Part shown: in pieces, positions 11,611 through 24,434 of the stretch
How the letters are laid out: each line of letters starts with the position of its first letter
Numbering within the stretch: the stretch's first letter is position 1
Origin: Geosiphon pyriformis uo1
Taxonomy: Eukaryota > Fungi > Glomeromycota
Assembly: GCA_016748015.1 (NCBI GenBank)
Contig: JAAOMT010000372.1
Span: forward strand, 806,001-870,000
Direction of reading: 5' to 3'
DNA length: 64,000 nucleotides
Made by a program: the position numbers and the translations under genes
The notes under the pieces: generated by a model
Told to the model about the DNA's origin: nothing
What the model saw: the letters and a program-made list of their open reading frames with translations, nothing else
The model's database searches: none

Positions 11611-12993
11611 ATGAACATACAAAAATATCAACAATTGCAACATTATCTAAACACTCAACAGTTCAAGGAGAATTTATCTCATACGGAATGAAGGAGTATC
11701 AAACACCAATCAAAATATTTCATCACTCACCAAAATATACTTTATCAGAAAAATAGAAGGGATCCAGATCAACCAACCAAAGTAATTATGGAGCCAGAAA
11801 AAGAGACAATATTATTCAACATGCACTCAAATCCAACAGCAGGATATTTTCACAAAGAAGCAATCATGGAAAGAACTAGAAAAAGATACTATTGGCCATC
11901 AATGTACCTAGACATTATTCAATATGTTCAAAATTGTGACACTTGTTAGCGAAGAGGAGAAACAAGACCCAGTGAACCATTAAGACCAATTAAAGTGGGA
12001 CAACCATTTGACTGTATGAGAATTGATTTAGTAGGACCATTAACAATCACCAGCAGAGGAAACAAATACATAGCAGTAGCTATGGACTATCTCACTAAAT
12101 GGCCAAAGGCGAAAGCAATTCAAAGAGTGGATGCAGAATCCGTTGCCGAATTCATTCATCAGGATTTGATTTGTCAACATGGATGTCCAAAAGAATTATT
12201 ATCAGACCAAGGAACTCATTTTGTGAACAGAACATTAACAGAATTGAGCCAAAGATTCAGAATCAAGAGACCATTATTATCATCATACTATTCACAAACC
12301 AACGGATTAGTAGAAAGATTCAACAAAACATTGTGTGAAACAATAGCCAAGCTCAGCCAAGAAAACCAGAATGATTGGGATTTGTTCATACCATCAGTAC
12401 TATTTGCTTATTGGACAACGAAACAAGATACTACACAAGCAACACCATTTGAATTAGTATATGGGAGAATAGCAACGTTATCAGTAGAGAGAGAAATTAA
12501 TACATATCCAGCTAAACCAATAACAGAGGGAAATTTTCAAGAAACATTGCTGAGAAGAACATATGACTTAATGGAAACATTGGAAAACAAATGAAGAAAA
12601 GCAGCTGATAATATCCAAAAATCACAAGAAACACAGAAAGAAAGACACGATAGTCAACTACCAGACAAACCAGTTGAATTCAAGATTGGAGACAAAGTAT
12701 TACTACATTGTACCAAAGCAAAAAAACAATGGAGTGAAAAATTTGACTCCAAATGGGACGGATCATTTCACATAGAAGAAATTCTAGGAAATGAAGCTTA
12801 CAAATTAAGATTGGATAACAAAATTTTAACCAAAGCAGCACATGGAGATTGACTGAAACCATATCATAACATTACACTACTATCTACCAGTAATATTTCA
12901 CAATTAGGAGTACAGAGAATACTAGTCCAACCAGATGAGATTCCACGAGATCAGGAACCAATCATTATTATCGACAACAACACATTAAATTGA
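11611..12993 (+). pseudogene. E1 integrase, separate ORF (HHCC, DDE core, GPF/Y motif)
   Basis: MHSNPTAG..CDTC; IDLVGPL, SDQGTHF, NGLVERFN; KWDGSF; own ATG after the stop at 11545. Confidence 0.92.
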
Positions 12994-13006
12994 TCCATCA
13001 AAAAAA

Positions 13007-13013
13007 TATATAA
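13007..13013 (+). promoter_or_regulatory. Putative internal TATA box for ORF3 (also 25820 in E2 and 28169 minus in E3)
   Basis: TATATAA lies 41-42 nt upstream of the ORF3 ATG in all three complete elements despite divergent flanks. Confidence 0.6.
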
Positions 13014-13047
13014 GGACATGGTAGACGTGACAGGAAATATCAAAAAA

Positions 13048-13677
13048 ATGGAAATTACAGACAACATTTACTCACTAGTACAACAACTCTTTCAATTAAT
13101 CCAACACCAGGAAATGGAAATTACAATCAATCAACAAACCATTCAATATCAAGATACTAGAAAGACATTTCAACTCAGAACACAGAAGAAAACTGAAAAT
13201 CCTGTGGACAAAATCATGGCAAAAGTAAAATTAGCAATAAAAGAATTGACAAAAGAGTCACTATATCAAGAGTTGACTAAAGAAACTTGGAATTGGTGGA
13301 TACAACAATTTCCACGAAACTATTGTTATTTTTACTTAGGACAACATGTAAATATACAGAATCTATATACGAATAAGACAAAGCAATTATTCGGCAAAAG
13401 AATACTACAACAATTAAAATATTTTTTGGGAAAAAACAACTTATCCACACAAGCCCAAGCCATATACCAAATACACACAGTATTTCAAGATAAACCAGAA
13501 ATATTGCTCAACAGAGCAATGGATATGGTGACCAGTAATCAATTGGGAAAAATCACCAATGCTTAATTTGAAAAATTACAGGCCCAAATAACACAAGTAA
13601 TTCTCAAAAACAAAATCCAGGAAATACTTCAAGAGGGGGAATTACAGGAGTTAGATTTCGATGGAACTCAATATTAA
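13048..13677 (+). pseudogene. E1 ORF3, unknown ~209-aa soluble protein (one premature TAA)
   Basis: Lies between IN and PPT; ends LDFDGTQY* abutting the PPT; homologues in E2 and E3. Confidence 0.85.
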
Positions 13678-13691
13678 AAAGGAGGGAATAA
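13676..13691 (+). other. E1 polypurine tract
   Basis: AAAAAGGAGGGAATAA immediately before the 3' LTR; equivalents in E2 (~26495-26510) and E3 (~27485-27499 minus). Confidence 0.9.
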
Positions 13692-14560
13692 TGTTACTCA
13701 TAGAAATATAGGAAATATATTAGCATAATTATTAGCCAATCAGAAGTAAGCATAGTAAATGTGAAATTCCAGGATTCCTCTTAAGAATTGCAGGATTCCA
13801 GAAATTTCAGAATTCCCAATGAGGAATTGCAGGATTCCAGAATTTTAGGATTCCTCTCAAAAGAATTGCAGGATTCCAGGAATTCCAGGATTCCTGTCAT
13901 AAAGAATCGAGGAATTGAGGAATCCCAATTATGTATATATAACAGTAGTGTTAGAAACAGAAAAGACAGAATTGATACCACAGAATCCTTAGCCTAGAAA
14001 CACAATCATCAAATAAATAATTATTTTATATCTCCATCTACTTTCCCACTATCAACTCTTTATATTGATAGTAAGTGATACTTGACCATACTGGAACAAT
14101 AGCTCTTGATCACGGCTATTGACGGAATACTAATCTGCAAATCACCTTGGCTTATTTTTTTTCTTTCTTTATTTTCTTTTATTTCTCTTTCTTTATTTTA
14201 TTTTGATTTGTTGTTGTATACTAATTGATTAAAGATTAAGCGCTGAGTTATTGACGTCAAGAATAGCCTGGTAAAAGACCCAGAAATAAGGGTAAGATTT
14301 TATATATTATCGGATAGCTTACCAGAAGAGCATGACTGCCAGACTAAATCCAGCCATCACGCTGAGAAAGAAATTGGGAAAACTCTTGAAAAATATATCT
14401 ATTATCGACACTATTGAATCTCTGTCTATTATACAAAGGACTCAAACAAAACCTTCAGATCCATCAAAACCTTCAGATATTACCAACAACTTTATATCAA
14501 TTAAGCACCAAGTTATGGGTTTGTTATTCAATTCAACAACAGAAATAATCACCTGTAACA
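13692..14560 (+). repeat. E1 3' LTR
   Basis: Direct repeat of 4440-5293, with an extra ~15 bp between ACAGAAT microhomologies. Confidence 0.96.
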
Positions 14561-14564
14561 GTAT

Positions 14565-16660
14565 ATACAGATGTCAGGTTTTTTGTCAATTTGGTTCTTA
14601 AGAAAGCTATTTTGAACAAGCAGTTTCTTTATCTAGTGTTAGCTGTATTACAATCCATTATTAGTTATAGGACTCAGTTTAGCTTTGTTTCTAAGAATGT
14701 GTGTACAAAGTGGGATACATTGATTAGGAGAGAGTTGAGACTTAAGACTGGTCTTCCGAAAGACTTTTCCAATGAGGCTCTTCACCATCTTTTATTGTAT
14801 AGCTTGAAATCTTTTGAGCAGTTGCAGACTAAGTGCAAAGTGGCTTTTGTGTTGTGTTTTTCAAATGCTAGTGATGTTTTTGGTCACTTGTTCAATCATA
14901 GGTCTCTGGATTTTCAGGTTTTGGGTTGGTCACTTATTAACCCTTTATGTTATCTAATTAGGTTGCATATCAGTCTGGTCAATAATTTTTTGGCAGGTGT
15001 CATTAGGATTTTTTTGGACTATGACATGTCTCTTGACAATTTTTCTGTTTTTGTGTTCTACTTTCTTGGTGGAACACTAATATCTACAGTTCTGGGCACT
15101 TTTTTGTTTTATAATGTTTCTTTTTTTCTCAAAAAGTTTGAAGTTGTCTTTGCCAAGCAGTTATATACCAAAAAAGATTTAATTTTCAATTGGAAAACCT
15201 TCCATTGTTAGAAGAGACTCAATCTGAAGGGCTCTGTTCCTCATTGGTTCACTTTGGTTTGTGACTTTTTGGATCAATCTTTTATTTCTGAAAATTTGTG
15301 TGTTGAAGATTCGCAGATTATGGATGTTTGCAGTTTGGGTGCAGTCTCCAGATTGGGCCAGTGTCTCTCTTCTGTAAATATAAGAGTTATTAATGTTTAT
15401 ACTGATGGATCATTAAGAGATTTAGGTTCATGTGAAATAAAGTGTGGTGCTGCTGCTTACTTCTCAGATTTAGATCTGGATATTGGTGCTAAAGTTGGTG
15501 GATTGGTATTCTTGACTATGACAGAACTGCAGACAATTGCTTTGGAGTGTGTTTTTTCTGACAGTTCAGTGGTGATTTATTTAGACAGTCAGGCTGTCTT
15601 GGATGCATGTGTAACTGAATCTGCTTTGGTGTCTCCAGATTTCCACAACCACTGCTGGATGGAATGGCATGGCATTGTTAATTTGATTAGGAGAAAGCAG
15701 CTTAATGTTTCTTGGCATAAGATGAAAGGACATTCAGGTGTTATAGGTAATGAGTGTGCTAATGAGTTAGCCAGTCTGGCTGCGAACTTTTCTTTGGCAC
15801 TTCCTGTTTTGGTTAAGGAGAGATTTATCAAGACTGGCAGGGTGGTGGTGTCTAGGAACATTTATCATTTTGCTTATGAGATTTTCAGGTCTGTTAATTA
15901 TGTTTGTTAGAAGGTTGGTCTTGGTTTCGATGTTATTGATGATAGTTTACTTGGTAATGTGGACTGGTTTTGTATTGCTGTGGTATAACACCCTGACTCT
16001 CATATGATGACTGGCTTTACCAGTAAATCTATGAGTAGTTTGTGCTCTTATTTTTTAAAGACCCTCCACTACTGTCTCCTGGTTGCTGTATGGAAGCATT
16101 TGTATAATAAGATCTATCTGAGTGTCTTGTGTCTGTACTGTGGTGAAGTAAAAAGTTCCGACCACTCCTTTGTTTGTGTATTTGACTCAAAGCATTCTCA
16201 GGTCTTATCTGGCCAAGTGGCATTATGTTTCTGAATTGGGCTTACATTCATCTTGTGTTTTACAAATGCTCTTTTTGTGCACATTTGATGATATGTTGTA
16301 TACTACTGTGGGCAAAAGCTTTGTGTTCAGAGATTGGGTTCAGGAAGCTTCATCCATTCTGGGTAATGCCAAGGTTGCGAAAAAGTTTATTGTTGATTTT
16401 GTTCGAGAATTGGGTGCTGCTCACCACATAAATATTTGGTTGGTTAGAGCTAAATATCAGGCTTTAATGGAAAAAGGCAGTTTAATTCCACTTGATGATT
16501 CTGTGTATTCTGTAATTCGTGGTTTATTATGTATGTTTTCTGCTGAAGTAATTAGGTTGCTTGGGATTGCTGAAGCAGTTAGTGTTTGCTTTGGTTTTTG
16601 TAAACATTGCTGTTTTTTTCTAATATAGATGGTATGATTTCAGTTCTAATAGATTCATAG
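14565..16660 (+). pseudogene. LINE ORF2 3' part: RNase H and C-terminal zinc finger
   Basis: RNase H motifs VYTDGS, ELQTIAL, YLDSQA, KMKGHSGVIGNECANELA (15254-15910); CLYCGEVKSSDHSFVC zinc finger at ~16130. Confidence 0.88.
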
Positions 16661-17202
16661 TGTTGTTTTGATTGGTCCAAGTGGCTAATTATGTGTTTTA
16701 ACACAACAAAAATACAATATTTACAAATAATTTAATTGTTATTTATATATAAGTTCAGTAAATACTTAATTTTTAAAATAAATACTAAATAGAAAAATAC
16801 AAAATTAATAATACTGTTTAAAATAAAACATAAATAATTAATTAGAATAAGATTAAAAATTATTTTAATATTTTAAAAAATAAAATAATAAATTACATAA
16901 TTAATAAAATTTATTATTTTAGTTATATATATATATTTAATAAAAATTAAAGTTTACAAAAATAATTTTAAATATAAATTTTGTAAATAATATTAATTAA
17001 AATAAAACAGTTTTGATTTAATATTTTAATTGACATTTTGGTTTTGGTTTTATAAATGTTAATATTATAATATTTAAAATTTATATTATCAAAAAAGTTT
17101 ATAATAGATTATTAATTATTAAATACAAAAAAAAATATAATATAAATTATATAAGTATTGCTTATATTAAGTATAATATTTTAAATTTATTAAATTACAT
17201 GT

Positions 17203-18123
17203 TGTTACTCATAAAAAAAAAACAGATATAGAGAAAATAGTAGACCAATAAGTGAATAGTATTTAGCACATGAGCACATTGTAGCAATATAAAGCAATAA
17301 CAAAAATCACAGCACATTGCTCAGCAATGTGGAACAATATTAGAAAGCATAACACATTGCTCAGCAATGTGGAGCAATGTTAGAAAATTAAGGCACATTG
17401 TTCAGCAATATGAGCATTGCTCAAGAAATCATAGCACATTGCTCAGGAATGTGAGCAATCTTGTAAAACATCAATTATATATATATAGTAGTAACATTAG
17501 AAGTAGAAAGAACAGAATCCTTTAATTAAAGATCTTTCAGTTTAGATTTTATCTAAGCAACTTTCCAAATTCACAAATATCAATAAATAATTATTCTTTA
17601 TCTTAAATCTCTTCTTCATTATCAACACTTCATGTTGATAGTAATTAATACTTAAACTACACTGAAACAATAGCTCTTGATTATGGCTATTGATGGGAAA
17701 CTAACTTGCAATTGTTTTTGCTTATTTCTTTATTTTCTTTTATTTTCTTTTATTTTCTTTTATTATTTTTTTTATTATTTCTTTGGTTTTATTAAATTGA
17801 TTAAGGATTAAGCACTAAAATACAGACGTCATAGGGACTGGTAAAAGACCCATAAAACAAGAATAGAATACTCATAGATTTGAAAATAGCTTACCAAGAG
17901 GATTATCAGCCACCATGCTGAGAAAAAAATTTGACAAAACTGTGGTTTTGGGAAGCTATGGATAAAACTATTAATTAAAATTTCTGTTTATTATACAAAG
18001 AACTCTGCAACAAAACCTTCAGATAAACCACACTTTCAGATATTATCAACATCAACAAATCAATTGAGCACCAAGTTACAGGTTTGTTATTTGCTTTGAG
18101 ACTTCAAATAAACACTTATAACA
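17203..18123 (+). repeat. E2 5' LTR
   Basis: TGTTAC start; CCAAT; CACATTGCTCAGCAATGTG array 17265-17460; TATA ~17476; degenerate PBS follows at 18126. Confidence 0.94.
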
Positions 18124-18185
18124 TTTAGTATTTCCTGTGAAGTATAATCTTACAGAGAACCAGCACCAACAGCAATCATCCAAAA

Positions 18186-21100
18186 GTGGCAAAATCAGAA
18201 AACATAGGAGCAAACCATTTAGAATTCACCAAATCCTTGTTTCAACAGTACAGCCAACAATTAGGATTAAACAATAACTTTTTTCCAGCAGAATCAGCCT
18301 TCAATTTCTATGTTAATGACAAAATCACAGACTGCTTAGAAGGAACAGTTAACATTAAATCCACAAGAGAAAATTTTTATACAGAATTATTTCAACATAC
18401 CAGTTTACCAAGAAATTATAGTTTCACACCAATCATCAGGGAAATCAATTAAACCATTGAAAGATACACACAACAACAATTCCCAATTACCTATGCAGAC
18501 AAAAAAAAGGGAAGAATACAAACACCAGCAGTGACACCAAAACAAATACAACCACCTACTTGAAAGAAAACCAGAGTTGAATCACCAACAAATCCATTAT
18601 ACCATTACACTCCAGGAAGTGCTATCAACATCTCATCAACAAACATGTCCACATCACACGTGACATTAACATTTGAATGACTCTTATTTCAAAGTAAACA
18701 AAAAAAAGCAGAATTACTAAGAACCTACAATGATTATTTTGAAGAATTTAAATCATGATCACCAATGCCATCAGAATTCCAATCACCACCACCTCAACCA
18801 GATTTTGGAAACACAAGTCTCTGGGAGATAACGGAATCAGAAAAGGAAGAAAAAAAAGAAGCTGAAAATCAGGAATTTACTTACCAGAATCCAATTACAG
18901 AAAATCCAGAAATAGAAACCCTGAATATTCAAACCCAGCAAACTCCGAATAATCTAAACCCCAAGTTAATTAATCAAAAAAACATACTTCCAGTAATCAT
19001 TATTGATCAGCCACCAATTGTACTAATATTGAAACCAATTCCACCACAGCCACCACAGCAATCTATTCAACCACCACTACAACAACCACAACAACTGATT
19101 CAACCGCTACAACCACAATTTCAACAACTTCCACAACAATAAATCATAGCACTAATAGTATATGTTCTTATTGCCAAACTTGAAAAATTTACCAGCAAAG
19201 AGAATAACACTCAAGTGTGACTAAACAATGTGGAGAAAGCCATTGCAGCCAATAGATAGGATAACACCAGAGTCATGCAAGCCATTCCCTATTTTCTCCA
19301 AGATACAGCTGACTTATGGTATTAAAGCTTGGTTAACAAACTCCAAGATTTCAATGCATTTAAGCTTGCATTCCTACAATACTTCAGCAATAATAATAGT
19401 ATTAATCGGCTAGCAAACACTTTTACCACTATCAAACAAGAGGAAAATGAAGCAGTCATTACTTACCTAGAATGCTTCCATAGAAATCTGCACCAAATTC
19501 AAGCAATCCAAGCTGACTATTTTACAGTGCCACAAATACTAAACCAATTTATTAGAGGTCTGTACAGTAGCATCTTCCAATGCATATGCCCAATACATCC
19601 AGTAGACCTTCAAGCCATAGTTACCAATGCCTAAGATTTTGAAGCAACTAAACTCAAAGCTAATCATGCCCAAGCCATGAATCTAGTAATGAACGGATCA
19701 TCTAAATTGGATTCCAAATTAAAACAATTCAGTAACTCAATTAATCAGAAATTAGAGGAATACTTAGCTGACAATCACACAATTTATTAATCTCCTCAAT
19801 GATGCAATATTCAAGAAAATGCAAATTGTTTCTAGAATTAATCGCATCTATCTTCCTCGACCAATTAACAGTGACAGCAGGAAATGCGTGTTTACCACTA
19901 CTGTGGTAAACAAAAACATTTAAGAATTGACTGTAGGTTAAGAATAGATAACCAATGATTGGAAAATCAATATCAAAACCCCGATCACTGGTTTCCAACT
20001 TCAAGTTATCAATCCAACTCAGCACCATATCAACTGACTTATCTGCCAATGATGCAACTGCTAATATATCAACTATCTGTATATCAACCTCCAGTCTATT
20101 AACCACAGCCACCAGTAATATATTAACCACTGCAGCCACAAATTGTTTATCAGACACCTGCAGTTCAAACACTGCCATCAAACCCAGCTCAAATAACATC
20201 AGAAAACTCCAGATCAAGAGTTATCCAAAACTGGAAATTGGCAATGGTTGTTTACTAACTGATTCCCAGTTTATCTAACCAGCCATCAGAATCACGACAG
20301 TGGAATTCAGGAACTTGGTATACCCAAGACTGGAGTTTTCAGAACTATTTAAGTTTCCTGGTTACTCCAAAAGATGCCCAACCCAATAATCTGGAAACCA
20401 ACTAACAATCAACACTTATCAACAATATCCCACCAGCAACTATTTCCAATGACAAATTTTTAGCAGCTATTTTTCTTTTTGAATTTGAGAAAATCATACA
20501 CATTCCATTATTCAGTGGAGCCACTCTTGACACCAAACCAATTATCATCATGTACACTAATGTAAAGGTTGATAGTCATGCCATTAAACTAATACTAGAC
20601 AGCAGATTAGCTGGTAGCATCATTACACAACAACTTATAAACCAATTAGGTCACCAAGTTGATCACACTGCTAGTGCTCGTATAATCACCACTGATGAGA
20701 CAACCAAAACTCCTATTGGCAAAATTGATGACTTCTCTTTTGAAGTCAATGGCATCATCATTCCCATTAGAGTTCTAGTAATAGAAGCAACTTAATATCA
20801 GGCATTAGTAGGAAATGATTAATTATCTAAAACCAATGCCATACTTAATTGGACGATGCAAGAGCTTCAACTCAGCCAAAATGGCCAGCACACATGAGTA
20901 TTTGCTATGTGTGAACACTTCAAACCCATCACTATGCCATCAGCCCCACTTATCAAATTTGAAAAAGAAAAAGAGAAACCTACCTGGAAAGCCTACCAAG
21001 TCTCTTAGACCAATGAAGACCACAACAAACTACCACCAATACTTTCTTGGAACAATAATAGAAAGAGAAAAAAAAAAAAAGAACTTACCTAAAACGCCAA

Positions 21101-24100
21101 CCAAGACTGGAAAACTAACAACAAAAACGAACTACCAACTTGGAAATGGGAAAAAACCAACAAAAAAAAAGGAAAAAGGGAAGAAGAAGATCTAACCAAA
21201 GGAACCACCACCACAAAAGAAATAACTAGTGGCTGGAAAAAAGAATACTCATGGGAACTGATAAAAGAGCCATTATATATACCTCTCAAATGCAAAGACT
21301 GTGGAAAAAAACTTTCTTTCATGAGAGCTTAGGTGGCACCAGATGAAAACTACTGGATATGCACACATTATTACTGTAAGCCATGCCATAGAAAACGATA
21401 TGGATACCCAAAATGTTAAAAAAAGTGGAACAATGAACCATGTCTTACTTGTGGTGAACAGTTGCTCAATAAAGAAATGTGGAATGACATTTCTGGATAA
21501 AGAGGAATGTGCAATGCATTATGCCAATACATGATCCTCATCAGCAATTGGGTAAGTCATGGAATGCCTATTATGGCATTTTGGCACCAAGCAATCAATT
21601 ACTTGGATGGGTATTCACATAACAAGAACAAAATTTGGTGTATGGCCAATGCCAAAATCAAAGGAGCCATGCCCAGTGAAATCTTAGAGATCAAGAACAA
21701 CCCACCAGAACCAGTTAACATTGTCTTCATCCCAAACCCAGATGTTTTTTTCGACATAAAGACAGGTCCAGAGAAGTTTCATGAGCACTACTAGAACTTA
21801 GCACCCATCAGAAAAGAACAAGAACAATGCTTAGAAAAAATAAACACCCAATTATGTGACCACTGTTTGATTCCATGTAACTTTCAATATTGTAATGAGT
21901 GTAATCTCATTTACAATCCACCAACATGCATGATCTACACAATTTCCAAAGAGGAAGAACCAATCAACAACTGCACATCAGAATCAGAATCAATTTTCAA
22001 TCCCAATTCAAACTCCAACAATAATGATGATGAAAATAATGGTTCCAGCTCCACTCAAAATAGCAACAATTTTAACTCAGATTCAAACTTTAATTCAAAC
22101 CTTGAAACATATATCGCACTTTTTAATCTTATCAAGGAACAAGAACTGAAATAGTTCAGCGATAATAATGAAGATATCATGCTTGAATGCATGCATGATA
22201 CTAATGCAGAGTTTGACTTGAGATATTCAAGAAAAGATCTCATCAAATTGGAACCACATTTATGCACTTGTATTGATCTAAAAATAGCACTAGAAATTCT
22301 AGCAACAACAATAGTTCAACTAGCATCCAAGAGTAGTTTAGCAAAAAAGGAGATCAACATCAGAGAAGAAATAATTGATACAAGATATGTAAGAAATATC
22401 ATTGCTATGCTACAAAATGACTCAGAAAAAACATATGTCATAGATCTAAATGAAAAGATAGCACAGGCAATATTCTTATCTCTGGTAAAAATAGCTTAGT
22501 TAGTGCCAGTGAAAAACAGAGAAGAATTAGGGATTACAGCTAGAAGAATACAGAGATTTGGATCAATGGAGAGAATAGATGTACCAGTTAATATGGCAAA
22601 AAAAAAAGTTATTGACAAAGAAGAAATTATCTCAACCTGTTAATCAATTTCTATTTTATCATATGACCAATATATGTTAGTCATAAAAAGAGAAGTAAAG
22701 AATCAAGCTTAGTTGTTTAAAGCAGAAGCCACCATTTGTGAATCAAGAGAGATTAGACTCACTAATCTTTACATATTAGCCAAAAGCCCCAAAAATATCA
22801 AAATTCTCATCTACAACACAACGGGAAATGTCATTGAAATACCAAAGGAAACTATCATTGAATATTTAACCACCAAAGTTGAGGATTAACCACCAAACCA
22901 CATTTCAGATTTTCCACAACTGTGCAAATATGTGGATATCACATCATAAACAATCTACAAACAAGAAGAATATTATCTGCTCCAGCCAAAACAATTGAAA
23001 CAGATGAATTTAGGGAACTTAGACCCACTTCAATGAATGCAACTGAAGATGTTACTCAATAATTTCAATGACATTTTTGCCAGTGAAAATGAATTTGGCA
23101 GAACCAACATAATCCAGCATCAGATTAAGACTAGAGATGCAATGTCAATTAAACAAAGAGCATACAGAGTACCACTAGCCAGCCATGAGATCATTTGTCA
23201 AGAAATCAATCAGATGCTTGACAACAGGCTAATTCAGCCATCAATGAGTCCATGATTATTACCAATAGTACTAGTTCGAAAGAAGAATAGAAAAATTCGT
23301 TTTTGTGTAGATTATTGAAAGTTGAATGGAATAACCAAAGGAGATAGCTATCCAACTCCAAAAATCCAAGAACTATTTGACACTTTTGGAGGAAATAAAT
23401 GGTTCTCAACACTGGATTTAGATAGTGGTTACTGACAAGTAGCCATGGATCCAGCTGACAAAGAAAAAACAGCATTTACTACAAAGGAAGGAAATTTTGA
23501 GTTTGAAGTCATGCTATTTGGCTTGATGAATGTTCCAGCCATATTCCAATGGCTTATGGAAATTGTCTATATTAGACTACTATGGAAATCAGTAGTCATA
23601 TACTTGGATGACATCAATGTGTTCTCAAAAACATTCAATGATCATCTGCATCATTTCCAACAAGTATTCAAAAGGTTAAAAAGAGCTGGATTGAAACTAA
23701 ATACAACCAAATGTTTTTTTGGAAAAACTGAACTCAAATTTTTGGGACATGTGATAAGCAAAGATGGAATCAAAACAGATCCAGACAAGATTAAAGTAGT
23801 AAAGAACTTTCTAGTACCAACCAATCTAACAAAACTAAGAGCATTTTTGGGATTTGCAGACTATTATTGCCGCTTTATCAAGGACTTTTCTAAACTAGCT
23901 CAGCCATTCTACCATCTACAAACCAAGAATGTGAAGTATGAATGGACCAAAGCTCAACAAGAAGTGTTTGACATATTAAGAAGAAAACTTATCCAAGCTT
24001 CAGTATTGATGTATTCAGATCACAGCAAACCATTCATAATTACCACCAATGCATCAGGCCAAGCATTGGGAGCAGTACTATCACAAAGAGGATCAAATAG

Positions 24101-24404
24101 AAGAAAACATTCAGTAGCTTATGCCAGTAGAAGCTTAAGTCCAGCTGAAAAAAATTATAGAACTCTAGCATTAGAGTATTTAGCTATCTATTAAGCCATC
24201 ACCAAATAGAAAGAATACTTGAGCCAAAAGTTTGATGTTTATACTGATTACAAAGGATTGACTTCAATTCAGAAACAAAAATTTGGAGATAATTGTCATG
24301 TGAAATGAGAAATAGTACTATTACTATATACATTTACAGTACACTATAAAAAGGGAAAAGACAATGGAAATGTTGACGAATTGTCGCGAATGAGACAAAT
24401 CTAA
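18186..24404 (+). pseudogene. E2 Gag-PR-Cys-rich-dUTPase-RT-RNaseH polyprotein, decayed
   Basis: Colinear with E1: LILDS protease ~20590, dUTPase ~22150-22570, YLDD ~23601, ends RQI*. Confidence 0.92.
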
Positions 24405-24434
24405 AAACATTTTAACTCAAAAATATAACAAAAA

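Larger units (their letters stand above)
4440..14560 (+). mobile_element. E1: full-length Ty3/Gypsy LTR retrotransposon (Gag-PR-Cys-rich-dUTPase-RT-RH; IN; ORF3), decayed
   Basis: Paired LTRs TGTTAC...GTAACA, PBS, PPT, PR-RT-RH-IN order; degenerate 4-bp TSD GTGC/GTAT. Confidence 0.96.
1..16700 (+). mobile_element. Non-LTR retrotransposon (LINE; ORF1 plus APE-RT-RNaseH-ZnF ORF2), decayed, split by E1 at 4440-14560
   Basis: ORF1/ORF2 domain order is intact. The ORF2 frame is restored across the insertion (SKPSLAKV-HTDVRFFVNLVLKKAI) when E1 and one 4-bp TSD copy are removed. 3' tail motif TGATTGGTCCAAGTGG at ~16669. The 5' end may lie outside the window. Confidence 0.9.

Noticed and set aside
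12930-12960. GATTCCA near the ORF3 TATA as a copy of the E1 U3 motif
   Set aside because: It encodes EIPRD in integrase and is also present in E2, which has a different array.
12860-12993. Chromodomain at the integrase C-terminus
   Set aside because: Only ~45 aa follow the GPF/Y region, with no YLVKWKG-like motif.
13048-13677. ORF3 as an env gene
   Set aside because: It occupies the env position but is only ~210 aa, with no signal peptide, TM segment or evident cleavage site.
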